A stretch of 62,352 nt of DNA from an uncultured Candidatus Saccharibacteria bacterium (GCA_964415975.1 CAYQCN010000002.1:1-62352); one strand, 5' to 3'. Positions 38,025 through 47,356 are shown, counted from the stretch's first letter. Notes: generated by a model not told the origin, from the sequence alone. Program-made: numbers and translations.

Positions 38025-38726
38025 TTATTTATCTTTACCATTTAGGATTTCTAACACCTCATCCGCACTATCTGTTAAGTGAAATAAGTCACAGTCTTCC
38101 TTGCCTATAGTTTTAAACTCTTTGGCTAAAGTTTCATTTATGAATTCTAGCAGCGGAGTCCAAAAATCTCGTCCATAAAGTATCATTGGTAATGGCTTTA
38201 TCTTGCCTGTTTGTTTAAGGGTTAGAATTTCAAAAAATTCGTCTAGAGTGCCAAACCCGCCGGGGAAATAAATAAAAGCTCTTGCCGTAAATGACAATGC
38301 GACTTTACGGCTGAAAAAGTAGTAGAAATCTACCGACTCATCCACATACTGATTAGTCACTTGTTCGCATGGAAGCTCGATTGTGACGCCGATAGATTTA
38401 CCATTAGAGTCTTTTGCCCCCTGATTTGCAGCAGCCATTATTCCACTGCCGCCACCGGTTACAACTGTAGCTCCCAGCTCTTGGACTATTCTCTCTGCTA
38501 GGTGCCGAGCTTTTTTATAGTACTCATCGCTAGGGTCTAGCCTAGCCGAGCCGAAGAAAGTGATAGTGTCTTGTTCTTGCCGAAGCTTGTCGAAGCCTTG
38601 TTCGAAATCTTCATGGATGCGATCCATCCGTAACTTGACATCTGCCTCTGTGCGTATCTTGTGAATGTTTTCCTGCTCACGGTCGGCGATTGTTTGTATG
38701 GGGTGTTTTTTGTTTGTGTTGCTCAT
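38025..38726 (-). CDS. LOG-family (TIGR00730) nucleotide 5'-monophosphate nucleosidase-like protein
   Basis: GGGSGIMAAANQGA and PGGFGTLDEFFE motifs. Confidence 0.85.
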   Translation of the reverse strand: MSNTNKKHPIQTIADREQENIHKIRTEADVKLRMDRIHEDFEQGFDKLRQEQDTITFFGSARLDPSDEYYKKARHLAERIVQELGATVVTGGGSGIMAAANQGAKDSNGKSIGVTIELPCEQVTNQYVDESVDFYYFFSRKVALSFTARAFIYFPGGFGTLDEFFEILTLKQTGKIKPLPMILYGRDFWTPLLEFINETLAKEFKTIGKEDCDLFHLTDSADEVLEILNGKDK

Positions 38727-38809
38727 TGCTCACCTTTCTTGATTGGTAGCTTGGTGCATGTTGTTATAAAATGTAAATACAAACTAAATTGTACAAGAGG
38801 GGGTATAAA

Positions 38810-39061
38810 GTGTCTATTAGTGATCGTTGGACTGAACATGAAGATAGTTTGTCGGTTGAATTAGAGTGCGGTGATTTTATGGAGGCTGTCGATTTAATAA
38901 ACCAGATTGCTGAGCTGGCAGAAGCCCAGAACCATCATCCAGACATTTGCCTTCATGGCTATAGAAACCTCGACGTGAGGCTTCAGACGCATGACTCAGG
39001 AGGCTTGAGCCCAAAAGACGAGAAGCTTGCCCAGGCGATTGACGAACTTTTAGACGAGTAG
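38810..39061 (+). CDS. Pterin-4-alpha-carbinolamine dehydratase (PCD/DCoH) family protein (GTG start)
   Basis: AEAQNHHPDI...V.L.THD motif. GAGGGGG SD 7 nt upstream of GTG 38810. Confidence 0.8.
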   Translation: MSISDRWTEHEDSLSVELECGDFMEAVDLINQIAELAEAQNHHPDICLHGYRNLDVRLQTHDSGGLSPKDEKLAQAIDELLDE

Positions 39062-39238
39062 TTTTGTTATGACTTTAAAAGAATGGTCCGGTTTGGAGGG
39101 CATCTATATTACCTGTATATAGGGGGTGATGTCGATTAAATGGTCGGCATTGAGCTTGTTTAGGATCACTTTTGTCGTATTTGACGGAGTACACTAAGTG
39201 GTCAATAATAGCATAAGGATGATTGCAGAAAAAAATAA

Positions 39239-39892
39239 ATGAAGAAAATCGCTTTTATATCAATATTAACTTTCGTTATGATGACGACTTTGTCTTGGCT
39301 TCAGCAGCCCGACTCAACAGACAGCCTAGCTTTTGCGACCATGGCTGAAGACAGTCCAGATGCTGATGGAGCTCAAGATGAAGAGCATGCTGACTTTGAA
39401 GAAGGCGGCCGAGAGCCTGACGATAATCAGTCAGAAGAATCTAATCAAGCAACTAGAACTTGTGAGAGTCGGGCTAATACTGCAGAGCAGACAATTAGTG
39501 TGCAGAATGAAAGGATCAATGGCCTGAAAGAACTCATTGATAGTTTTGTAGATGAAGTTGTGATGGTCAAAGGTCGGCTTGATGCCGAAGTTGACGGTTA
39601 TGGTGAGTCGCTAGACGAGGTCGAGGCCCAGTCTGAGTTATTGACAGACCAACTTCAAAAGGTCGATGAATTGCCCTACTCTATTAACTGCGATAGCCTG
39701 GAGCCTTTTGCGCATGTACATGACTATGTATCTGAATATCGTCAAGCTATAAGCTATCTACATGAATATCGACTAAAGGCGGTAGAGTTGGCAGTGATCG
39801 TCTACGATGAGTGGATTCAAATCGAACTTAAAAAAGAAGATGACTCGCAGCATAATGCAAACAGCCAAGAAGGCTTAGAAGATGAAGGGTAG
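39239..39892 (+). CDS. Hypothetical secreted acidic helical protein
   Basis: Signal-like N-terminus MKKIAFISILTFVMMTTLSWL, then a D/E-rich region and predicted helices. Confidence 0.6.
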   Translation: MKKIAFISILTFVMMTTLSWLQQPDSTDSLAFATMAEDSPDADGAQDEEHADFEEGGREPDDNQSEESNQATRTCESRANTAEQTISVQNERINGLKELIDSFVDEVVMVKGRLDAEVDGYGESLDEVEAQSELLTDQLQKVDELPYSINCDSLEPFAHVHDYVSEYRQAISYLHEYRLKAVELAVIVYDEWIQIELKKEDDSQHNANSQEGLEDEG

Positions 39893-39905
39893 CAACAAAG
39901 ACATT

Positions 39906-40193
39906 ATGGCCAATGACAAGGGCTTGACTGTAATAGAGTCGGTATTGATATTGGCTACAATCTCTGTTGTATTGTTCGTGGGCTTTGCAATTTTTCAGGC
40001 CAGTCAGGATGTAGTGCAAATAGACGATCCTATTAACCCAGAAGACTACACTGAAGAGAATTCGATGCAAGATATACCCGAAATGACGGAATTAGATACA
40101 GTTGAAGATATGGAGTCCGCTATTGAAATGATAGAAGATATAGACCTAGATTCAGAAGAGAGATCTATCGATGAGCTGGAAGATGAGATCTAA
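39906..40193 (+). CDS. Type IV pilin-like (class III signal) small protein with an acidic tail
   Basis: MANDKG|LTVIESVLILATISVVL matches the prepilin cleavage/methylation motif (G-x-T-x-I-E). It is followed only by a ~65-aa highly acidic tail. Confidence 0.6.
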   Translation: MANDKGLTVIESVLILATISVVLFVGFAIFQASQDVVQIDDPINPEDYTEENSMQDIPEMTELDTVEDMESAIEMIEDIDLDSEERSIDELEDEI

Positions 40194-40217
40194 TACAATA
40201 ACTATGGATATTGGGTG

Positions 40218-40433
40218 ATGGACCCTAGACGCATTAGAGTATTAGGTATGGTGCTGCTCTTGCTCTTTGGTAGTTCGATACTTTATATTGCGGCCAAAAA
40301 CCATACAGGTCCTAGCTACAAAGATGTTAACTCATTTGAAGACTGCGTTAAGGCTGGTAATGCTGTACATAAAGGCAGTCCACCTATATGCATTACTGTA
40401 GAAGGTGAAAGTTTTATAGAAAACCAAAACTAA
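40218..40433 (+). CDS. Hypothetical small membrane-anchored protein (71 aa)
   Basis: N-terminal TM helix VLGMVLLLLFGSSILYIA and two Cys in the ectodomain. Confidence 0.5.
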   Translation: MDPRRIRVLGMVLLLLFGSSILYIAAKNHTGPSYKDVNSFEDCVKAGNAVHKGSPPICITVEGESFIENQN

Positions 40434-40446
40434 GCAAGGAGTAAAA

Positions 40447-40839
40447 ATGCAATTAATAAATAAAGTTAAAAGTTGGCTTGGTCGATTTTCCTTAGACAGT
40501 GACATGGATGAAGCTTACTTCGATTTAATAATGGATAGAGACGATGATCAGCTAAATAAAGAGTCGACTGCAAGCGATAACGATGTTAGAAGTCTAAAGT
40601 CTGAGCAGCTAAGCACAGAGCATCAGGTTAGAAAAACTGGGCCTCTCATAACTACTCTAAGAGGCGTGAAAGTTGAAGCTAGCGATCTTCTGGTTGCGCC
40701 TAAACCAGTTAACCAAATTGCCCCTATCAAGCAAGAATCACAAGATAACGTCAGCATTGTAAATCAGCTAGATTTAACTTCTCAAACTAAGCACAAGAAA
40801 AAAGACCATTCCCCTCATGTGCTTGACTTGCAAAGTTAA
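40447..40839 (+). CDS. Hypothetical 130-aa protein
   Basis: AAGGAG SD upstream, hydrophilic/low-complexity sequence, terminator immediately downstream. Confidence 0.55.
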   Translation: MQLINKVKSWLGRFSLDSDMDEAYFDLIMDRDDDQLNKESTASDNDVRSLKSEQLSTEHQVRKTGPLITTLRGVKVEASDLLVAPKPVNQIAPIKQESQDNVSIVNQLDLTSQTKHKKKDHSPHVLDLQS

Positions 40840-40860
40840 AAGCACCGGTCAGGTGCTTTT
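40838..40860. terminator. Bidirectional Rho-independent terminator
   Basis: AAAAGCACC-GGTCA-GGTGCTTTT between convergent genes. Confidence 0.7.
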
Positions 40861-40888
40861 AACGTATTTGTCTGCTTTTATTTCTGGG

Positions 40889-41572
40889 CTATTTTTTGTG
40901 CTTCTTTTCGATTGAGTCTAGAAATTTAGCTGCATGTTTTTGTCCACCAAGACCGAAGGCAAGACCAAAGGCAAGCATAAAGCCAGCCACAATCAAAGTA
41001 ATGTTGTTGGTTAATATTGTAGTATCTAGTCCTAGCTGGTCTAGTGTGAGGACTGTACCGAAAACAATAATTGCCCACTGAGCTACTGAGCCGACAAGAC
41101 TAGCATAGTCTACACTAAGTCGTTTCAGGGCTGATTCAATTCCTTTTTTAGCTAGACTGGCTCCAGCTATAGTCACAGTTAGCACTATTACCGCTGCCAA
41201 TACACTAGGTAGATAACCAAGCAATGCGCGCAGAACGTCTCTCATGGCGTCAAGGCCTAGTACATCAGCTGCCGTCATGGCGAATATGATGATAGTCACC
41301 CAGAATACTATTCGTCCTGTTAATGCTACTACATCAACATCCAGTCCTGTGTCTTTTAGGGTCTTAGACACTTTCTTTTTGTTTTTAAATTTATTTACTC
41401 CGACAGCCTCGAGCAACTTGACGGCAACCATTTCTAGCAGTTTGGCCACCAGCGCACCGAGTATTATCAGCAAAATAGCTCCAACCAAGCCTGGTATAAA
41501 GCCACCTACTGCTTGCCAGAACTCTGCAGCCGATTCAGCTACTAGGTCAGTAGTTTCTCTTACTCCTCCCAT
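40889..41572 (-). CDS. Conserved-TM-helix repeat membrane protein (mechanosensitive-channel-related family)
   Basis: Start taken at ATG 41572, preceded by GGAGGA. Repeated 'G.IP.L..A....' TM-helix modules and a K-rich C-terminus. The ORF-track N-terminal extension (to 41782) looks spurious. Confidence 0.75.
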   Translation of the reverse strand: MGGVRETTDLVAESAAEFWQAVGGFIPGLVGAILLIILGALVAKLLEMVAVKLLEAVGVNKFKNKKKVSKTLKDTGLDVDVVALTGRIVFWVTIIIFAMTAADVLGLDAMRDVLRALLGYLPSVLAAVIVLTVTIAGASLAKKGIESALKRLSVDYASLVGSVAQWAIIVFGTVLTLDQLGLDTTILTNNITLIVAGFMLAFGLAFGLGGQKHAAKFLDSIEKKHKK

Positions 41573-41630
41573 TATTCCTCCTCTTCTTATACAACTACAA
41601 TAACGTAAATTATGGTGCTTGGCAACTTGA

Positions 41631-41650
41631 TATAGCGCTATATATAGCGC
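41631..41650. promoter_or_regulatory. Candidate operator: TATAGCGCTATA palindrome plus an adjacent TATAGCGC repeat in a divergent promoter region
   Basis: TATAGCGC occurs twice, 12 nt apart (41631 and 41643). The first copy is part of a perfect 12-nt palindrome. Confidence 0.35.
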
Positions 41651-41661
41651 ACATGTCGTGG

Positions 41662-41691
41662 TTGCTAATACTATAGCAATTGATTTATACT
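41662..41691 (+). promoter_or_regulatory. Sigma70-like promoter TTGCTA-18 nt-TATACT for the grx/trxB operon
   Basis: Hexamers at 41662-41667 and 41686-41691. AAGAGGAGG SD before ATG 41732. Confidence 0.4.
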
Positions 41692-41731
41692 CGTCAGTAC
41701 GTACATAACCTTTAAGAGGAGGAAACACACA

Positions 41732-41983
41732 ATGGCACAAAATGTCACTATTTATACAAGTAATACATGCGCTTACTGCCATGCGGTAAAAGAGCTATTT
41801 AAGCAGAAGGACGTCGAATACGATGAGGTCAACCTCGATGAACAGCCAGAGCGAAGACAGGAGCTGGTAGATATGAGTGGCCAGATGGCTGTTCCGGTTA
41901 CGATTGTAACCCAAGATGATGGAAGTAAAGACATGACAGTAGGCTTTGATGCCGGCAAACTTACATCGGCGCTTGGAGTGTAG
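41732..41983 (+). CDS. Glutaredoxin/NrdH-like redoxin
   Basis: 83 aa with CAYC active site in VTIYTSNTCAYCHAVKELF. Confidence 0.85.
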   Translation: MAQNVTIYTSNTCAYCHAVKELFKQKDVEYDEVNLDEQPERRQELVDMSGQMAVPVTIVTQDDGSKDMTVGFDAGKLTSALGV

Positions 41984-41988
41984 TGAGC

Positions 41989-43164
41989 ATGTCTAATTAT
42001 ACACTTTATGGAGCCAACTGGTGTCCAGACACAAGCCGAGTAAGGCGCTGGCTGGGCGAGCACGAGGTCACCTATAATTGGCGCAATGTCGATGACAGTC
42101 AGCAAGTGGTAGACGAAATGCTAGCTAAGACCGGCGGTGAGTATCTGATTCCAGTCTTTGTCAGTGATGATACTGTCCTTACTAATCCTAGCGATGAAAA
42201 GCTACAAAGCTTATTGAAAAAAGGTGATGAGGATGTGGTGTCTTTCCACGATATTGTGACTATTGGCGCTGGACCGGCTGCATTGTCAGCGGCCATATAC
42301 ACAACTCGGGAAGACATAGACACCATCTTGCTCGAGAAAGGTGTGGTAGGGGGTTTGGCTGCCATCACCGACCTTATAGAGAACTACCCCGGATTTGAAG
42401 AGGGTGTAGAGGGTTTGCATCTGTCGCAAAACTTACAAAAACAGGCCGAGCGTTTTGGAGCTAAGATCGAGCTTGCTGAAGTTGAACGGATAGAGGATCA
42501 AGGTCAATACAAAAAAATACACACATCCAATGGAGTCTATGCAGCTAAATCGGTCTTGATAAGTACAGGAAGTGACTATAGACGACTTAATGTGCCTGGT
42601 GAGAGTGAGTTCTATGGTAGAGGAGTGCATTTTTGCGCAACTTGTGACGGAGCCTTCTACAGAGACAAAAGGTTGGTAGTTGTGGGTGGTGGTAATTCTG
42701 CTGCTCAAGAGGGAATGTTCTTGACGAAGTTTGCCTCGCATATAGATATGCTTGTGCGTGGCGACAGTCTAAAAGCCAGTGAAGTTTTGGCAGAAAAGAT
42801 TGAAAGTTCAGATAAGATAAAGATTCACTACAACACTACAACTGATGAGATACTGCACGATGACAAACAGGTTACTGGAGTCAGAGGTACTGATAAATCT
42901 ACAGGCGAATCGGTAACTTTTGATGTAGATGGAGTGTTCGTTTTTATAGGTCTAGACCCTAATACTGGATTCTTGCAAGATAGCGACATCAAGTTGGATG
43001 ATAACGGATTTGTAGTTACTGACAGGACTTTACAGACCTCTATGCCAGGAGTATTTTGCGCTGGGGATGTAAGAGCGGGGGCTACTCAGCAGATAGCTAG
43101 TGCTGTAGGAGAAGGCGCCACTGCAGCCTTGATGATGCGAGAATATTTAGAAGAGGTTGGCTAG
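41989..43164 (+). CDS. trxB: Thioredoxin-disulfide reductase with an N-terminal glutaredoxin-like domain (single Cys, CPDT)
   Basis: N-terminal ~85 aa YGANWCPDTSRVRRWL. FAD motif GAGPAALSAA, redox CATCDG, and NADPH motif GGGNSAAQEG. Confidence 0.9.
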   Translation: MSNYTLYGANWCPDTSRVRRWLGEHEVTYNWRNVDDSQQVVDEMLAKTGGEYLIPVFVSDDTVLTNPSDEKLQSLLKKGDEDVVSFHDIVTIGAGPAALSAAIYTTREDIDTILLEKGVVGGLAAITDLIENYPGFEEGVEGLHLSQNLQKQAERFGAKIELAEVERIEDQGQYKKIHTSNGVYAAKSVLISTGSDYRRLNVPGESEFYGRGVHFCATCDGAFYRDKRLVVVGGGNSAAQEGMFLTKFASHIDMLVRGDSLKASEVLAEKIESSDKIKIHYNTTTDEILHDDKQVTGVRGTDKSTGESVTFDVDGVFVFIGLDPNTGFLQDSDIKLDDNGFVVTDRTLQTSMPGVFCAGDVRAGATQQIASAVGEGATAALMMREYLEEVG

Positions 43165-43198
43165 GTGCTATAATCGATAACAGTTAAGGAGTATATTG

Positions 43199-43879
43199 AT
43201 GCAGTCAAAAAGTTTACAATCGGTTGGCTTAGCCTTGGTTTCGCTTATAGCGGGTGTTTTGATTGGTGCAGTTGGTGGCCAGGTATTTGATATAAGCGAT
43301 GAAACCGTCACTAAAACTGATGAGCAGCAGCCTACATCTCAGACTGCAGCTGCCGATTTTCGCGCCAATCTCAATCTGTCTGCTATTAAGTATACTGAAT
43401 TAACTCATAGTGCAATGGTGGGTGAGTATGGCAGCACGCTTGCTAGCCAGCCCAAGAGTGAGCGAGCAGAACTAGCCAGCGAAGACTTGTTAGCTGTTTT
43501 CGGAGTCGTTTATAGTAATGAAGAGCTTGAAGACTTAAGCGATGCCTTAAGTGATTTTAATAACGGCTTAGACATTTATGTACTGGCAGCCAAAGAGCAG
43601 TCGGCATCGGATACTGCAGAAGCTGAATCTGAGATATCCGAGGCTGTATTGAGTCTGAGTGTAAGTTTAGAGGAGTTAACCGAAGAAGAGTTATCCAAGA
43701 ATGTTTTGGCTGAGAAGCTTAATGACTACACAGACGATTTAACGAGGGCCTTTGATGCCGCTGTAGCAGAAAACTATGACGAGTCGTATAGTCATCTAGA
43801 CGAGTCTATTAGAAAGTCGATAGCCATATCTGACGATTTAGCTGAAGTAGTTATCGCTGTTAATGAAGATGAGTTTTAA
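43199..43879 (+). CDS. Hypothetical membrane-anchored helical protein
   Basis: AAGGAG SD, TM helix LALVSLIAGVLIGAVGG, and an acidic helical ectodomain. Confidence 0.6.
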   Translation: MQSKSLQSVGLALVSLIAGVLIGAVGGQVFDISDETVTKTDEQQPTSQTAAADFRANLNLSAIKYTELTHSAMVGEYGSTLASQPKSERAELASEDLLAVFGVVYSNEELEDLSDALSDFNNGLDIYVLAAKEQSASDTAEAESEISEAVLSLSVSLEELTEEELSKNVLAEKLNDYTDDLTRAFDAAVAENYDESYSHLDESIRKSIAISDDLAEVVIAVNEDEF

Positions 43880-43898
43880 CAAATAGGAGGAGTCAACC

Positions 43899-44390
43899 AT
43901 GCAAAAAGCATTCATTATCATGATAATGGTTATATTTATAGTCACATCGATTGGGTTCTTTGTTGCCATGATGGGGCCGGCTGCTGATCCGGAGCAAAGA
44001 GAACAGCAGGAAAGACAAGATGCAGCTAGCCCAGACATAGACGATGCAAGCGTTGATTTTGAAATCCCAGAATATGTAACTGCGCCTGGAGTCAACTTTG
44101 ATGGCGCAGAAGATTTGAGCGGTCAAGATGAAATTGCAATCGACATATCTGACAATGTCTTCAGCCCTACAGCCACCCTAGTGAGTGCAGGCGTAACGGT
44201 TGAGTGGGTGAACAGTGGGGACACTCAGCACAGTATAGTCAGCGACCCAGACAGCCCGGCTGGGGAGTTTGCTAGCGGGTTGCTAGACAGCGGCGAGTCA
44301 TTTACCCAAACTTTTGATGAGCCGGGTGAATATTACTACTTTTGTGAGCAACACCCAGCCTCAATGCGCGGGGTATTGCTAGTTGAGTAG
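43899..44390 (+). CDS. Membrane-anchored type-1 (blue) copper protein, plastocyanin/amicyanin-like
   Basis: GGAGGAG SD and an N-terminal TM helix. Cu ligand pattern H (TQHS)...C-EQ-H-PAS-M in YYYFCEQHPASMRG. Confidence 0.8.
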   Translation: MQKAFIIMIMVIFIVTSIGFFVAMMGPAADPEQREQQERQDAASPDIDDASVDFEIPEYVTAPGVNFDGAEDLSGQDEIAIDISDNVFSPTATLVSAGVTVEWVNSGDTQHSIVSDPDSPAGEFASGLLDSGESFTQTFDEPGEYYYFCEQHPASMRGVLLVE

Positions 44391-44509
44391 GTTCAGTCTT
44401 CTGGATGGCAAGATAGACGCCTACGAAAAGAGGCTGCTGATGTTCACGTCGAGCTATTTTCGTTTTAATATATAAATAATTAAGACATATACATAATTAA
44501 GGAGAACTT

Positions 44510-45022
44510 ATGAACTTAGATGCAATTGGATATGGTGATAATGCGCCAAATGAAGTCAACGTAGTAATTGAAATACCAAGAGGGTCTGGCAATAAGTATG
44601 AGTTCGACAAGGACAGTAATGCAATCGTACTTGATAGAGTGCAGCCGACTACCATGAAACAGCCATATGATTATGGTTTCGTGCCAAAGACGTTGAGTGA
44701 AGACGGCGACCCAATCGATGCTTTAGTGATTATAGACGAACCACTGTTTCCCGGGGTAGTTGTGCCTGCCCGAGTAATAGGCCTACTGAAGATGATCGAT
44801 GATGGCGAAGAGGATGAAAAGTTGATATGTGTGGCAAGTGATGATAAAAACTACGAGCATGTAGATACATTAGAAGATTTGGGCGACAATTTTACGGCTA
44901 AAGTACGACACTACTTTGAGAGGTATAAAGACTTGCAAGACAAGGAGGTCTCTATTACCGGCTGGGGTGATATCAAAGAAGCACATAGTGCGATAGAATC
45001 AGCAATCAATAATTACAAATAG
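44510..45022 (+). CDS. ppa: Inorganic pyrophosphatase (family I)
   Basis: EIPRGS.NKYE, DGDP.DALV and KL..V..DD motifs. Confidence 0.95.
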   Translation: MNLDAIGYGDNAPNEVNVVIEIPRGSGNKYEFDKDSNAIVLDRVQPTTMKQPYDYGFVPKTLSEDGDPIDALVIIDEPLFPGVVVPARVIGLLKMIDDGEEDEKLICVASDDKNYEHVDTLEDLGDNFTAKVRHYFERYKDLQDKEVSITGWGDIKEAHSAIESAINNYK

Positions 45023-45112
45023 CTTTGGTTAGTTTAAGCCATATGTACGTATTTCTTGCGTGCAGCTGTTAGGGTTTATATACTGTAGTTAATATAAACA
45101 AAAGAGGAATAT

Positions 45113-46120
45113 ATGAAAACAAAAATTGCAATTAACGGGTTCGGTAGAATTGGGCGTAATGCCTTTAAAGTGGCTAGAGAACGGGATGACTTAGAGGTTG
45201 TGGCTATTAATGATTTGACCGACAACCAAACTCTAGCCCATCTGCTGAAGTACGATTCTAGCTACGGACCATATGGGCGAGAGGTAGATGCTGATGAGTA
45301 CTCCCTGGCAGTTGACGGTGATCAAGTGTTAGTTACAGCCGAAAAAGACCCTAGCTTACTTCCATGGGGAGAGCACGGTGTTGATATAGTTATAGAAAGT
45401 ACGGGCCGTTTTACAAAGGCTGAAGATGCCAAGATGCATTTGGCTGCCGGTGCAAAGAAAGTTGTGGTGTCGGCTCCAGCTAAAGGTGACGGCGTCGATA
45501 CAGTTGTGCTTAGTGTTAACGATGAGAAGATTGAAAATGGCGGTGATGTATACTCTAATGCCTCATGCACTACAAACTGTATCACGCCTGTAGCTGCAGT
45601 TATGCTGCGTGAGTTTGGCATCGAAAAGGCTATGATGACAACTATCCACTCCTATACCGCTGACCAGAATTTACAGGATGGTCCACACAAAGATATGCGT
45701 CGAGCGCGAGCTGCAGCTGAGAATATAGTACCTACTACCACAGGCGCCGCCCAGGCGGCTGGTCAGGCCTTACCTGAGCTCGAAGGAGTGTTTGACGGCT
45801 TGAGTATCAGGGTGCCAACACCAGTAGTGTCTCTGAGTGACTTTACTTTTGTTTTGTCAAAAGATGTTACAGCTGAAGAGGTTAATCAAGCTATCGAGGC
45901 GGCTACAAAAGAGCCAGCTTTTGCAGGCATCATGTCGGTTACAAATGAGCCGGTTGTCTCTAAAGATTTATTAAAGGACAGCCACTCTGCAATTGTAGAC
46001 CTGAGCCTGACTCAGGTATGTGCTGGTAATCTAGTAAAAGTAGTTGCCTGGTATGACAATGAGTGGGGCTACTCTAACCGCCTGGTAGAGCTTGTTGGGC
46101 GGCTTGCTGACCAGCTTTAA
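45113..46120 (+). CDS. gap: Glyceraldehyde-3-phosphate dehydrogenase
   Basis: INGFGRIGR, active site SNASCTTNC, and WYDNEWGYS. Confidence 0.97.
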   Translation: MKTKIAINGFGRIGRNAFKVARERDDLEVVAINDLTDNQTLAHLLKYDSSYGPYGREVDADEYSLAVDGDQVLVTAEKDPSLLPWGEHGVDIVIESTGRFTKAEDAKMHLAAGAKKVVVSAPAKGDGVDTVVLSVNDEKIENGGDVYSNASCTTNCITPVAAVMLREFGIEKAMMTTIHSYTADQNLQDGPHKDMRRARAAAENIVPTTTGAAQAAGQALPELEGVFDGLSIRVPTPVVSLSDFTFVLSKDVTAEEVNQAIEAATKEPAFAGIMSVTNEPVVSKDLLKDSHSAIVDLSLTQVCAGNLVKVVAWYDNEWGYSNRLVELVGRLADQL

Positions 46121-46228
46121 TTTGATATTGCATACGAAGTTAAGCCAATGGAGACTTGATGTATAATGCGCTTATATAAACATAAGACGTATCTTTACTA
46201 GAGTTAATCAAGATTGGAGCTTTTATAG

Positions 46229-46678
46229 ATGAAAATATATATCACAAGTGATCATGCAGGCTTCGAGATGAAGACGGCGCTGTATGAGTATTTAGTTCAT
46301 GGCGGCTGGGACGTCGAAGACATCGGGCCGTTTACTTTAGACAAAGAAGATGATTATCCTAACTATGCTTTCTTGATGACTACGAAGATCTTAGGAAGTG
46401 AAGATGAAGACCCTCGCGGCATTATGTTGTGTGGCACTGGTCAGGGCATGGCCATGGCTGCTAATAGAGTGGCTGGTATCCGAGCATCTCTGGCCTGGAA
46501 TGATGACATTGCCAAACTAGCCAGAGAGCATGAAGATAGCAACGCTTTGGCTTTGCCGGCTCGATTTGTGGGCTCTGAAGAGGCAGCTGAAATAGTCGAT
46601 GTATGGCTAAAGACTAAATTTTCAAAAGCTCCAAGACACCAAAGGCGGCTAGAGGAGATAGAGCAGCTATATGGTTAA
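46229..46678 (+). CDS. rpiB: Ribose-5-phosphate isomerase B
   Basis: MKIYITSDHAGFEMK and MLCGTGQGMAMAANR motifs. Confidence 0.92.
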   Translation: MKIYITSDHAGFEMKTALYEYLVHGGWDVEDIGPFTLDKEDDYPNYAFLMTTKILGSEDEDPRGIMLCGTGQGMAMAANRVAGIRASLAWNDDIAKLAREHEDSNALALPARFVGSEEAAEIVDVWLKTKFSKAPRHQRRLEEIEQLYG

Positions 46679-46702
46679 CTTGACTTGCTCTAGGCTAGTT
46701 TT

Positions 46703-47356
46703 ATGGCTGTAATAGCACCAGCAGTACTAGCAGAATCTGTAGAGGGCTTTGCTCATGATTTGTCGGTCGCTGCATCTGTTAGCAATAGAGTGCAGATAGA
46801 TCTAGCCGATGGTGAATTTGCACCTAATCGTACGGTTGGAATAGAGCAGATTTATTGCCCAGATGGAGTAGATATTGATTTGCATGTAATGTTTGATAAC
46901 CCATCTGCTCACTTAGAGACAATGATAGCAGTCAAGCCTAGCTTGGTGATCGTCCATTATGAAGCCAAGCACCTACATAACACTAAAGCAATTGAGGACA
47001 TTCGCAAACAACTCCAGTCAGCTGGAATTAAATTTGGTCTAGCAATACTGCCAAATACAAGCGTAGATGATGTATCCGCGCATCTTGGCAGTTTAGATCA
47101 TGTGTTGGTATTTACTGGCGAGCTAGGGCATTACGGCGGAAAAACGCAGACGGACTGTCTGAGTAAGATTTCAGAGATAAAAGCTATCAATCCAAGCCTT
47201 GAAGTGGGAGTTGATGGCGGCATCGATGAGGCCAATATAGCTGGAGTAGTGCGGGCTGGGGCAGATGTGTTAAATGTGGGCAGCTTTATACAGAAGGCTT
47301 CACGACCACAAGAAGCTTATGATAAACTCAAATTAGCAGTCGCTCAACAAACTTAA
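46703..47356 (+). CDS. rpe: Ribulose-phosphate 3-epimerase family protein (divergent)
   Basis: DLADGEFAPN, DLHVM and VGVDGGI motifs in a TIM-barrel pattern. Confidence 0.8.
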   Translation: MAVIAPAVLAESVEGFAHDLSVAASVSNRVQIDLADGEFAPNRTVGIEQIYCPDGVDIDLHVMFDNPSAHLETMIAVKPSLVIVHYEAKHLHNTKAIEDIRKQLQSAGIKFGLAILPNTSVDDVSAHLGSLDHVLVFTGELGHYGGKTQTDCLSKISEIKAINPSLEVGVDGGIDEANIAGVVRAGADVLNVGSFIQKASRPQEAYDKLKLAVAQQT

